From positions 32,001 to 96,000 of the forward strand of contig CAWFGE010000011.1 of the NCBI GenBank assembly GCA_963815195.1: 64,000 nt of DNA, read 5' to 3'. The stretch is from an uncultured Planctomycetaceae bacterium (GTDB taxonomy: Bacteria > Planctomycetota > Planctomycetia > Planctomycetales > Planctomycetaceae). The notes beneath the pieces were generated by a model. That model was not told where the DNA came from, did no database searches, and saw only the letters and a program-made list of their open reading frames with translations. The position numbers and the translations under genes were made by a program. This document shows, piece after piece, positions 1 through 10,274 of the stretch (position 1 is its first letter; the number at the start of each line of letters is the position of its first letter).

Positions 1-518
1 AATCTTTCGCCACGGTGCGGTGATAGCCGAAATGGTGCGCGGCATCGGAAACTTTTGCAAGGCCGGAATTTGGGACAGGTGTTGATGAGTCGATGCCGTT
101 ATTCCAGTCCCGATGCGGGTCTCTCTGTGGAACCGGACGTATTCTATTTTTCCTATGAACGTATTGAATCCAAGCGGGCACGGATGGTTCCCGATCCCAG
201 CGGCAAACCAGGGAGTCCGTGTCGAAATCGAAGGAGCGGCCGATTTGATCGTGGAGATCATTGATGTTGCGACGAAACCAAAGACACCGAGCGGTTGCCG
301 CTGGCTTATTTTCAAGCAGGTGTTAAAGAACTTTGGTTGGTCGATGCCCGCGGGGAGGAATTGACATTCCAGATTCATCATGGCGGGGAGAACGGATTCC
401 AGCCGGCCGGGGTGGACGACGAGGGATTCCAACGATCGAGAGTCTTCAAGCGGCGGTACTGTTTGGAACGGGAGACGCACTCCGCGGTCATTGGACATTC
501 GATTTGAAAGTGGATTGA
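1..518 (+). CDS. Uma2-family (DUF820) putative endonuclease, 5' end outside window, several frameshifts
   Basis: Pieces in three frames join into a Uma2 pattern: VEPDVFYFS...VEIEGAADLIVEII...AYFQAGVKELWLVD. Confidence 0.7.
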
Positions 519-622
519 CAAGGTAAAAGGGGGCAATGGATTGCGAAAAATCAAACCGATGCCAAAGTGAGGTCTTGTGTGCATATTGACCTCATGTCTA
601 TTGTTTTGTCCTGTTAAGTATA

Positions 623-1563
623 TTGGGGCAAGTCATGATTAGTATATGTTATACTAAGCGTAGCTCTTTGCTAGTATTGACAGGTATTGTAGGTCTTTTA
701 CTCCTATATCTTGCTTTGTGTGCAGTTTCAAGCGATTCGGAGATGCCAAAAAAGTCAGATAGACAGAAGGAAACAATCGCTAAGCATTGGAAAAATGAAG
801 ACCTACTAAAGCGATTAAATAGGGAGTTAACCCAGGCGATTTCGAGGAGTAAACTAGATTGGCCTGAAGTGGTTTCCGTCAACGGATTCTGGGGTAGCGC
901 AGTATTTCGGGAAATGTATAGAGAGTCTACGCCGAGTGAATTGGAATGGCTTGCAGAGAATTTACCTTCCTACCCGGCGAAACTTGCCCCATTCGTGATT
1001 GCGGCCGAAAAGCAAAAGCGAATTGCCGCCGAGCGTAGCGGTGCGGTTGGTTGCATCATCCGATCCTCTTCCCACAATGCTAGTCTCCCCAGTGCTGATA
1101 TATCTACAATCGTTGAAACCGGATGAAATCCAATATCCGCAGCTTAAACTTGATGACATATCGTCGAAATATAACGGGCATAAAACTGCGATGGCGGTGT
1201 TGGTCGGCGTGATTAACTACAAAATAATGAGCGAGTGGTTTCATGATAAAAGAACCGATGTGTTCTAGCACCTTGTACTTATTCGTTCTATCAGAATTGT
1301 ATGCGAGGATGCCAAGCGATAATGAGCCTTCGGAAAGGATGCGCGACGCACTATTGACATGTGCGAAGAAATCAAGTCAGGGAAGGCTGGTATATGTGTA
1401 CCATGCTTCAGAGTCAGAACCAATCTACCGTGACACCCTCCGTGCGGTTCTTGAGGATAAACAGATTTCTGACGCTGAATTGGAAGGAGTACTCGTTGCA
1501 AAAGAGTCTACATCAAGGAACACGTCAATTTGGAGAAACTGTCTCTGCCACTCGCGCGCATAG
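623..1563 (+). CDS. AT-rich hypothetical protein with N-terminal TM segment, split over three ORFs (623-1126, 999-1268, 1243-1563)
   Basis: Overlapping same-strand ORFs; hydrophobic LLVLTGIVGLLLLYLALCAV; visibly lower GC than flanks. Confidence 0.4.
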
Positions 1564-1789
1564 AGCATATACGACAACTGTTGGAGCAAGTAGATGATCG
1601 ATAAGGTAACGGGCTGGCCTGCTGTTATCTGTTAAATCAACAACTCGTAATGCCGCGTCAGCCGTTGGGTTCCGCGCAATCACGGACGAAAAAGGGATGT
1701 TACGAGACTGTTTGACTCCGGTTTCCCAACTTCAGGTTATAATGCGGGCCGGTCGGTTTCATCATTCCATCCACCAGAAGAGGTTTCCC

Positions 1790-2242
1790 ATGAACGCAGT
1801 GCTCCTGTCGCTCGCAATTTTCGCCGTCGAACCGAAAACCGCCGATCTCGATCTCCGCGACGAGGCCGGCAAGGTACTGGTGTCGTCGGATGAGATTACC
1901 GGCTATGAATGGTCGTCGCATACGTTGATCTTGAAAAAAGGAGTCGCGGACCGCTTGAGTATTCGGCTCATCCAACAAGAGCAAAAACTGGCGATGCCAT
2001 TCACCTTGGCTTTGGATGGGAAAACCGTTTACCGGGGAGAGTTGACCACTGGCTTTTCTTCGCAATCTTTGAGCGGCATGGTGATTGTCTTAGGCGATCA
2101 ACAACCGGACAAGAACGCAAAAACCGACCGCCTTTCGCTTCAACTGGGATATCCGAGCAAGAAATTTTTCCAGGGGAAGGATCCGCGTGGCGACGACCGC
2201 GTGAAAAATGCACTGCAATCGGCAAAAAAACTGCGAAAATAG
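1790..2242 (+). CDS. Hypothetical exported protein
   Basis: ATG after GAGG; short signal-like N-terminus MNAVLLSLAIFA. Confidence 0.55.
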   Translation: MNAVLLSLAIFAVEPKTADLDLRDEAGKVLVSSDEITGYEWSSHTLILKKGVADRLSIRLIQQEQKLAMPFTLALDGKTVYRGELTTGFSSQSLSGMVIVLGDQQPDKNAKTDRLSLQLGYPSKKFFQGKDPRGDDRVKNALQSAKKLRK

Positions 2243-2284
2243 AAATCGCGCGGCGAGGCCCTCAAGAAATTAATTACAAGACCT

Positions 2285-4165
2285 ATGACAACCGAGTTTC
2301 TCCAAATCAGCCCGAAGATTACCGTATTGCCCATCATTCATGGCAGCGGGGATTTTGCGATTGAAGTCCGGCGAGTGATGCTCTCGCAGTCGTTCGATTG
2401 CCTGGCGGTGCCTTTGCCCGCTTCGTTTCAAAACGATGTGGAACGGGCGATCGCGTTTTTGCCGGGCATCTCGGCGGTGATGCAGGAAGAGGTCGAACAT
2501 TTCTCGCCGAGCGAATGGTCGCCCGATGCGGCCGACGATGACGATGAGGCCCGCAGCTTCAGTTATGTGCCGATCGATCCGTGCCAAGGCGTGATCGCGG
2601 CCTTGCGGATTGCGATTCAGGAGCGCATGCCCCGGGCGTTTATCGATTTGGAGACGGCGGATTTTCATTCCTACGAAGGCGTGTTTCCCGATCCCTACGC
2701 GCTCAAGACCACGCATGCCGACAAGTTCGCCGCCGCCGTCCTCCCCGCCATCAGTCCGGTCCCCGAAGGCCAGCCGCTAAATCGCGTCCGGCACATGACA
2801 AATCGGCTCAGGGATCTCGAGCAGAAGTACGAATCGATTCTGTTCGTGTGCTCGATTCTGGATTGGCCTTGGATCAAGGATGCGTATTTCGATCAGATCG
2901 AATCGACCGCCGAGCATGATCTTGTCGAAGCCGACGTCCCTCTATCGCCGCGGACCCGGCTTCGTTGATGTTCCTCTTGGGCGAGATGCCTTATATCACC
3001 GGGCTTTACGAACGCGCCCGGCAGGAACTCGACGACGATGAGAACCTCTCCATCGACGGCATCAAGGAGCTATTGCTCGCCACGCGGGACCGCTATCAAA
3101 CCGATCTCAAATCGCGGGCCCGCAAGATCACGCCCAAGTTGCTCCGCGTGTATTTCAACTATGTGCGGAACCTGGCGCTTGTCGAACGCCGGATGACGCC
3201 GGACCTGTATACCCTCGTCATCGCCGCCCAGCAAATTGCGGGCGATCAATTTGCGATCTTTCTGACGGAAACCGCCCACAGCTATCCCTACACCGACTTG
3301 ATGCCGTTCCCCGTGTTCAAAATGGGTTTAGGCAAAGGCCGATTGCCGGACGGGGACGTGGTGAAACTGAAAAGCCGCCTGCCCGGCCAATCCCGGCAAT
3401 GGCGCAGCCTGCCAGCTCACGCCGCTGCCGCCCAAACCGCAGCAGCAGGAATGGAGCCACAGTTGGAACCCGTTCGGCCAGTGCAGTTGGCCGCCGGAGG
3501 ATTCTTCGATCGAGAAGTTCCGCACGCACGTCAAAGATGTGGCGATGGCGCTGTTGGGGAACGACCTCGCGCGCACGGAGAAGTTCACGACCAGCCTCAA
3601 AGACGGCTTGGACATCCGCGAGACCTTGCGGAACTGGCACACGGGGGATCTGTTCGTCAAGATTTTCCCGCCCGCCAAGGGGAGCCTCGACTGCGTGGTG
3701 ATGCTCTTCGATTCGCCGGCCGACCCGCGGGATTATCCTTGGCGGATCACCTGGCACGCGGAGCATCACGATGAATCGACGTTGGCGCTCTTCGCGTCGG
3801 ACTTCCGCCAGCAAATGGTCGGGCCGGGGATTGCGCTTTCGACCTACGGCGGCGGGATGTTTCTGTTTCCGCCGCGGCCGATTCCCGACGTCTGGCAGGA
3901 TCCGCGGTTCGACTTCACCGACACGCTGGAAGAACGTCTGATCGCCGCCGCCTGCTATCACAGCCGGGAAAAACACGTCGCGCTCTTGAGCGAAGGCGCC
4001 CCGGGCCTCGGTTGGCGCGGGCTCGCGAAACGCTTCGGCGTAAAGCTCGTCCACGTCCCCATCAGCCGCTTCAGCCAGGCCACGATCCAGCAACTGCGAA
4101 TGTTCCACGTCTTAAACGGCCAACACATCCGCAGCTACGCGGCCCATTTTATACGGAAAGCGTAA
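2285..4165 (+). CDS. Conserved hypothetical protein (~620 aa), frameshifts near 2940 and 3410
   Basis: Three consecutive ORFs (2285-2968, 2965-3774, 3539-4165) with typical coding composition that read as one protein. Confidence 0.65.
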
Positions 4166-4373
4166 GGGTTATCACGCGGGAAAAAGCGTGACAACCCAGG
4201 TTCTCGACTGGAGACGATGCGATTGAAAATAACGCCCTCTTGATCCTGAATGATGCCGAGCAATTCATCACCACACTGGAGAATCACGACGATTTCGGCG
4301 GCCTCGACGCCTTCGGCCAGTCATATTTGCAGGGCTTTCGTAAAGCAAGAGAACGGCTAACAGGAGCTTCCGG

Positions 4374-4778
4374 TTGAACCGCGCCGAGTTACTGGTAAAT
4401 GAACAAATCGACGCGGGCGAAGAATTTATCCGCGACTTCAATGACTGTTTTTCGATTGCCGCGGCTTTTTGGATCCATCCCGCGGATTCAGAAGATTGGT
4501 TCTTGTACATTGCGTCCACGGAAATCGATGATGCCAATATTCGCGCTGCCTACGGCGAGGTGCTTCGGCGTCTCGGCGGCAAACAGAACCCATGGCTTGA
4601 TGCTTTCCGAGTCAAACTTCTGAATGCTTCGGACCCGCTGGCCGCTAAAGTCGTCGAGATTCGAAATCGCGATCCACTGAAAGTCCCTGCACGCTACAAC
4701 GGGTCATCCATCGCTGGTTTGCCAATCGACGGCGCATACATTTACCCGCCGGTCGCGGCTGGCAGTTCCGCACCGTAA
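4374..4778 (+). CDS. Small conserved hypothetical protein
   Basis: 134 aa ORF, AGGAG upstream; LVNEQIDAG...AAFW...WFLYIAS pattern recalled from planctomycete hypotheticals. Confidence 0.6.
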   Translation: MNRAELLVNEQIDAGEEFIRDFNDCFSIAAAFWIHPADSEDWFLYIASTEIDDANIRAAYGEVLRRLGGKQNPWLDAFRVKLLNASDPLAAKVVEIRNRDPLKVPARYNGSSIAGLPIDGAYIYPPVAAGSSAP

Positions 4779-4781
4779 AGG

Positions 4782-6332
4782 CTACTGCCCGCGCGGTTTG
4801 CGCCAATGCCGGCCGGTTTTTGTGAGGAGGCGTTCCGAGGCTGCGGGGCCCCAACTGCCGGCGGGGTAAGGTTCGGGCTCGAACTCCGGCTGCTCCCAAT
4901 GTTCGAGCACCGGCGTGACGAACCGCCAGGCCGTTTCCAGTTCGTCGCTTCGCGTGAACAGCGTCGAATCGCCCCGCAGTGCTTCGAGCAGCAGGCGTTC
5001 GTAGGCTTCGGGCAGGCAGCTTTGAAAGGCGGATTCGTACGCGAAATCCATCGTCACCGGCTGGATTTGATACTGCATGCCGGGGCGTTTTGTGGAGAAC
5101 TGCAGCGAGATCGCTTCCTTGGGCTGGATGCGAAAGATCAGCGTGTTGGGCCGGGCCTGGACGAGATCGCAAATGTCCCCTTCGCATTCGACCGTCGTAA
5201 ACAGATGCTTGGGCGGCTCCTTGAACTGCACCGCGATCTCGGTGACCCGCAGGGGCAGGCGTTTGCCCGTCCGCAGATAAAACGGCACCCCGGCCCAACG
5301 CCAGTTCTCGATGCGGACATCCATCGCCACGAACGTTTCCCGGCGGGAATCGGCCGCCACGCGGTCTTCCTGGCGGTATCCCGCGACCGGTTCGCCGTTC
5401 ATCACGGCTTCGGTGTATTGGCCGGCGACGGCCCAATCGCTGAGCTTCGCCGCTCCGGGGGCCAGGGCTTCGAGGACTTTCATTTTCTCATCGCGGATGG
5501 ACTGCCCGCGAAACAGGGCCGGGGGCTCCATCGCCATCAGGCACAAGAGTTGAAGCACGTGGTTCTGCAGCACATCGCGGAGGGCCCCGGATTTGTCGTA
5601 GTAGTTGCCGCGGCCGTGCTCGATGCCCTGCGACTCGGCCACGCTGATTTGGACGTGGTCGACGTGGTTGCGGTTTAGGAGCGGCTCGAAGATCGCATTG
5701 CCGAAGCGGAACAGCAAGATGTTCTGCACCGTCTCTTTGCCCAGGTAATGATCGATGCGGTAGATTTGGCTTTCGTCGAGCAGTTGGCCCAAGTCGTGGG
5801 CGAGTTGTTGAGCCGACGCCAAGTCCCGCCCGAAGGGCTTTTCGATGACCACGCGCAGCCAGCGGTCGGCTTCGGGGTGCGGGATCATCTCCGCATGTGC
5901 AAGGCCCTGCACGGTGGGCAGAAACAGCGTCGGAGCCGTCGCCAGGTACGCCAATCGGCAGCGGCCCGGATTGCGGGCGGCTTCGATTTCCTCCACCTGG
6001 TGGCGGAGTTTCACATAGTCCTCCGGATTCGTGAGATCCGCCTCGCGGTAGAACAGCCGCTCGGCGAAGCGGCTCCACTCCTCCGGCGAGACGGGGCCGC
6101 AGTGCGGGGACGATTGCACGGCCTCGCGCATTTCCTCGCGGAAGCCGTCGTCGGTTTTGTCCCGCCGGGCCACGCCCACGACGGGCGATTGATCGGAGAG
6201 AAACCCATTTTTCCAAAGAGCATAAAGGGCGGGCATCAGCTTTCGCGCGGTCAAATCCCCGGAGGCCCCGAAGATCAAAATCGTGGCGAGTTCCTTCGCC
6301 GAAGAATCCTCTACAACAGAAATGCTCGCCAC
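4782..6332 (-). CDS. zwf: Glucose-6-phosphate 1-dehydrogenase
   Basis: IFGASGDLTARKL, VIEKPFG, YRIDHYLGKE, NWRWAGVPFYLRTGKRL. Confidence 0.97.
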   Translation of the reverse strand: MASISVVEDSSAKELATILIFGASGDLTARKLMPALYALWKNGFLSDQSPVVGVARRDKTDDGFREEMREAVQSSPHCGPVSPEEWSRFAERLFYREADLTNPEDYVKLRHQVEEIEAARNPGRCRLAYLATAPTLFLPTVQGLAHAEMIPHPEADRWLRVVIEKPFGRDLASAQQLAHDLGQLLDESQIYRIDHYLGKETVQNILLFRFGNAIFEPLLNRNHVDHVQISVAESQGIEHGRGNYYDKSGALRDVLQNHVLQLLCLMAMEPPALFRGQSIRDEKMKVLEALAPGAAKLSDWAVAGQYTEAVMNGEPVAGYRQEDRVAADSRRETFVAMDVRIENWRWAGVPFYLRTGKRLPLRVTEIAVQFKEPPKHLFTTVECEGDICDLVQARPNTLIFRIQPKEAISLQFSTKRPGMQYQIQPVTMDFAYESAFQSCLPEAYERLLLEALRGDSTLFTRSDELETAWRFVTPVLEHWEQPEFEPEPYPAGSWGPAASERLLTKTGRHWRKPRGQ

Positions 6333-6398
6333 GAGAGTTTGTCCTTAGTCCGTTGTCCGTCGCCAAGGAAATAACTTAAACTTTTGAACCACTCAACA

Positions 6399-6483
6399 TA
6401 ACCAGGGGGCTTACGCGGGCACCGACCGCAGGTTGGTCTGCTCGCCTTTTAGTCCCCATGTTGAAGTTGTTTTCTTGATGTTC
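6399..6483. repeat. REP-like element (GGCGAGC...AGCCCCCTGGTT family), inverted copy at 59908-59993
   Basis: ataaccagggggcttacgcgggcaccgaccgcaggttggtctgctcgcctttt is the exact reverse complement of 59941-59993; similarity extends ~35 bp further. Confidence 0.85.
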
Positions 6484-6484
6484 G

Positions 6485-7324
6485 CTAAGCAGACGGCGCG
6501 ATCCGCCCCGTCTCCGGACTCGACGCGGTGGCGTAGAGTTTTTTCGGGATCCGCCCGGCCCCCGCGGCGAGCCGGCCCGACTGGCAGGCAAGCTTCATCG
6601 CCTCGGCCATGCGGCGGGGATCTTTCGCCCCGGCGATGCCCGTGTTGAGCAGCACGCCGTCGCAGCCCAGTTCCATCGCAATCGCCACATCGCTCGCCGT
6701 CCCGACGCCGGCGTCGACAATCACCGGATAATTCGGATCATCCTCTTTGAGGTATTCCAGGCAGATGCGGATGTTGTTCGGATTCAAAATCCCCTGCCCG
6801 CTGCCGATGGGACTGCCCGCCGGCATCACCGAAGTCGCCCCGGCCTGTTTCAATCGGCGGGCGGTGATCGGATCGTCGGTCGTGTAGCACAGGACCTGAA
6901 AACCCTCGGCCACGAGTTGCTCCGTCGCGGCGAGCGTGGCGATAGGATCGGGGAGCAGCGTTTTCGTATCGCCCAGCACTTCCAGCTTGACCCAATCGGC
7001 TCCGGGGTTCTCCAATCCCGAGAGAATCTCCCGCCCCAACCGGGCCACGCGGACGGCGTCCTCGGCGGAAAAACACCCCGCGGTGTTCGGCAGGATCGTG
7101 TACCGGGACAGATCGATGAAATCCAAGATGCTCCGGCCCTCGGCATCGATCAACCGCTCCCGCCGGACCGCGACCGTGATCACCTCCGCCCCGCTGATTT
7201 CCAGGCAGTCCCGCATCAGTTCATAGGTGGCGTATTTCCCCGTCCCCACGATCAGCCGCGATAGAAACGCATGCGTGCCCAGTTGAAGCCGACGCGGTTC
7301 GGCGGGAGAAAGATCGGTCGTCAT
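6485..7324 (-). CDS. thiG: Thiazole synthase
   Basis: [47 protein letters not shown]. Confidence 0.97.
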   Translation of the reverse strand: MTTDLSPAEPRRLQLGTHAFLSRLIVGTGKYATYELMRDCLEISGAEVITVAVRRERLIDAEGRSILDFIDLSRYTILPNTAGCFSAEDAVRVARLGREILSGLENPGADWVKLEVLGDTKTLLPDPIATLAATEQLVAEGFQVLCYTTDDPITARRLKQAGATSVMPAGSPIGSGQGILNPNNIRICLEYLKEDDPNYPVIVDAGVGTASDVAIAMELGCDGVLLNTGIAGAKDPRRMAEAMKLACQSGRLAAGAGRIPKKLYATASSPETGRIAPSA

Positions 7325-7374
7325 ATCGATGCAAACTTAGAGAGAAGACTTAAGGGGACGCTTCGGCCGAGGAT

Positions 7375-7590
7375 TTATCCGCCGCCCACGAGCGTGACGA
7401 TTTCGATTTGATCGCCCGCCTCGAGCCGGCATTGGGCGTGCGTTGTCCGCGGCACGAGTTCGCCGTTTCGCTCCACGGCGACGAATTTGGGCTCGAGCTT
7501 CAGGTATTCGATCAGCCAGGCGACGCTGGCGTCCGCCGGCACTTTTTGCGGCTCGCCGTTGACCTGAATTTCTTGGTAGCGGATTTCCAT
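7375..7590 (-). CDS. thiS: Thiamine biosynthesis sulfur carrier
   Basis: IQVNGE...[12 protein letters not shown]...[10 protein letters not shown]-terminus, adjacent to thiG. Confidence 0.93.
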   Translation of the reverse strand: MEIRYQEIQVNGEPQKVPADASVAWLIEYLKLEPKFVAVERNGELVPRTTHAQCRLEAGDQIEIVTLVGGG

Positions 7591-7710
7591 CGGTCGATTC
7601 AAACGTTTGTTGTGAAGGGAACAACCAGCCTTTCGCGAGTTTAGGATGGGGCCCGGAGACCGTCAAGGACTGATGGATTTCGACGGCCGTCCGCGATGAA
7701 AGCGCACCGC

Positions 7711-9141
7711 CTATTCTCGCTCGGGCGACTCCGAGAGATGCTTGATGTGATTGAGCACCCGCTCGTGGATGCGGTGGATGCTCGTGTCGGACCAGAGCGT
7801 CCAGTAGGCTTGCGGGAACATTTCGAAGGTGTACCAGGTTCGGCCTTCGAGCCGGGTTCGGTTTCCGGGAAGCGGAATGAGGCGGAACTCGCCCCGCCGG
7901 CTTTGTAAGGCCTGATGCTCGAGGTGCGGAGGATGGACGTGGCGATAGGGGCTGAGTTCCCGCATCGGGTCGGGCTGTTTTGTGACATCGAACGCCAGCC
8001 GCCGGGGCTCGTCCCAGACGGTGATTGGCTCGACGAACGCCCCGGTCGTGAATTCGCAGTAGCGGACGGCCCCCACGCCTTGCCCTTCGATCCGCGCCCG
8101 CATCGGGCAGGCGATTCCCGTGCGAAAGAACCACTCCTCCGGATCGGGCATGTCGGAAAACTCGACGACGTTTCGCCAGACCGTTTCCGGCGGGGCGTCG
8201 ATCTCGACGCGGCTCACGACGACATATTCCGGGGCCGGGTGATACAGAGCCTCGGCCCCCGCCAGGAACGGCAGCGCCAACAGCACGGACCACGTCTGCC
8301 GCAGGCTGGTTCCCGTCGAGTCGGCGATGGCCTTTCCCAACGCCGCCCCGATTAGCCCAAGCGGAAACACCAACGGCACCGCCATCAACAGGCAAATCAG
8401 GCCTTCCAACGCGAACAGCAGCAAGGTTCCACCGGCGGCCAGCATCAGCAGCATGCCAACGCCCAGCGTTCCGCTCCAGCTTTGCGGATGCGGGCGGTTG
8501 TAGAAGAAACCCGCACAGGCTCCCATCAACAGCGGCGTCCCGAAAAACAACGTCGCCCCGTAAAGCTGGAAGGCATAAACGCTGATCCCCAGCATCACGA
8601 GCCCGACAAATAACCCGGCACCGACGGCAAGCAAGGCGTGCCGATATTCATGCCGAGGTTCGTGCCGGTCGCTCTCCCGGGGCGAATCGGGGTTCCAATG
8701 CCGCTCCGAATCGTTGGGAACCAGGGCCAGAACGAGCATGACGACGAGATTCACCACGGGAACCAGCACGAGCATCCCGATCCAAGGCGATCCCACCTCG
8801 GCCGAGCGGCGGACGCTCATCGAGAACGCGATCCAGGCGAAGGGCAGATTCCAAGCAAACAACGCCCAGCCGAGCCATTGGGGGGCGGGCTGCAAAATCG
8901 CCTGCCGCGAACTGAGCAGCGGGTTCAAAAAGTCCCAAGGCGTCAACACATGCTGCGTGAAATAAAAGATGACCCCCGCCTCGACGGCGTATTTGAAGAG
9001 CATCAGCCCCAACCCGCTCCAGGCATACATGCCGCGCGTGACCTCATCCCGCACGCCGAACCAGATTCGAACGAGAGAAGGCCGCGGGCGATCGTGTCGG
9101 GCAAAGTCGTTCTGCGGATAGTCCGGTGCCGAGTCGGGCAT
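7711..9141 (-). CDS. Membrane protein, DUF805-like N-terminus plus SRPBCC/START-like C-terminal domain
   Basis: Multiple TM helices, SMSVRR...GSPWIGMLVLVPVVNL; VVSRVEIDAPPETVW...VRYCEFTTG. Confidence 0.75.
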   Translation of the reverse strand: MPDSAPDYPQNDFARHDRPRPSLVRIWFGVRDEVTRGMYAWSGLGLMLFKYAVEAGVIFYFTQHVLTPWDFLNPLLSSRQAILQPAPQWLGWALFAWNLPFAWIAFSMSVRRSAEVGSPWIGMLVLVPVVNLVVMLVLALVPNDSERHWNPDSPRESDRHEPRHEYRHALLAVGAGLFVGLVMLGISVYAFQLYGATLFFGTPLLMGACAGFFYNRPHPQSWSGTLGVGMLLMLAAGGTLLLFALEGLICLLMAVPLVFPLGLIGAALGKAIADSTGTSLRQTWSVLLALPFLAGAEALYHPAPEYVVVSRVEIDAPPETVWRNVVEFSDMPDPEEWFFRTGIACPMRARIEGQGVGAVRYCEFTTGAFVEPITVWDEPRRLAFDVTKQPDPMRELSPYRHVHPPHLEHQALQSRRGEFRLIPLPGNRTRLEGRTWYTFEMFPQAYWTLWSDTSIHRIHERVLNHIKHLSESPERE

Positions 9142-9282
9142 GGCGAGTTCCTTCTTGGGGAGGACAAGAGGACAAGGCGTCCGTTTGAGACGGGACCCAT
9201 ACCATACCCACCGCAGCGGCGGGGCTCAATTAACGAAGGATTTTGGCCTTCGCTGCGAAGTTGTCGGCGTTGAGGTTTGCTG

Positions 9283-9433
9283 TCACGGCGGATCTGCCGA
9301 CCCGCTCAGACCCAACCAGAGTTTTACGGCCGTTTCGACTTCGGACATTTGGCTTTCCGGCAGCGTTCCAAGTCGGCGAATGAGTTTTGGAGGGTGTCGA
9401 ACGTTTCGAGCCATTGGATTGCCGTTTCTGTCA
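9283..9433 (-). pseudogene. Collapsed toxin-antitoxin remnant (MazF/PemK-like C-terminus)
   Basis: KLIRRLGTLPESQMSEVETAVKLWLGL resembles a PemK/MazF tail; separate start MTETAIQWLETFDTL with RBS in another frame. Confidence 0.5.
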
Positions 9434-9548
9434 TAGGTGGTCGTCCTTTCTTTGAAATCGCACTTTTTTTGCGGCCATACGGAAATTCTAATCTCCAATC
9501 CGACGAACGGAAATAATTTCCCCAAAAACGGGCCCATGCCATTGACGC

Positions 9549-10073
9549 TCACCCTTCCAAATCGGCCGGTTCCATGACGGCGATGTAGGGCAGGTGGCGG
9601 TAGTGGTCGTTGTAATCGAGGCCGTAGCCCACGACAAACTCGTCCGGGATTTCAAAGCCCACGTAATCGGGTTTCAAGGGGACTTTGGTGCGGGCGGTCT
9701 TCCAGAGCAGGACGCAGGTCCGCACGCTCGCGGCGTCGCTGTTCTGGATTTCGCGATAGAGCGTTTGCAACGTGTTCCCCGTGTCGAGAATGTCATCCAC
9801 CAACAGCACGTGCCGGCCTGACAGATCCGGGACCAGATCGGTGTTCCACGAGAACTTTCCCGGCGAGGTGGCGGGGCCGCGGTAGCTCGACGCCTGGATC
9901 AAACCCACCTTGAGCGGCAAATCCATCCGCCGGATCAAATCGGCCAAGAACACCAGGCTCCCCGTCAACACGCCCAGGACCGTGATCGGTTGCCCGCGGT
10001 AGTCGCGGGCGATCTCCGCTCCCAGCACATCGACCCGCGCTTGAATTTCCGTCTCGCTCAATAAAGGCTTCAT
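9549..10073 (-). CDS. hpt: Hypoxanthine phosphoribosyltransferase
   Basis: VLLVDDILDTGNTL PRPP motif, FVVGYGLDY. Confidence 0.95.
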   Translation of the reverse strand: MKPLLSETEIQARVDVLGAEIARDYRGQPITVLGVLTGSLVFLADLIRRMDLPLKVGLIQASSYRGPATSPGKFSWNTDLVPDLSGRHVLLVDDILDTGNTLQTLYREIQNSDAASVRTCVLLWKTARTKVPLKPDYVGFEIPDEFVVGYGLDYNDHYRHLPYIAVMEPADLEG

Positions 10074-10274
10074 GCAAGGGAACTCCGAAAACAGTGGCCG
10101 GTTTGCGATTCAAACTTTAAGGTAAGGGGGGTCTCTTTTCAAAATAGGTTCCTTGAAATCATGCCGGGTTTGAGGCGAGTTCACAATTCATGGAGAAGCC
10201 CGGAATTGACGGGCCGGGCGGCAGGGTCCACAATGGGGTTTCGACAATCCGTGAACTTTCCGTTGGGATCTCGT

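Noticed and set aside
7591..7710. TPP riboswitch expected before thiS-thiG
   Set aside because: No CTGAGA core or matching structure seen on the minus strand
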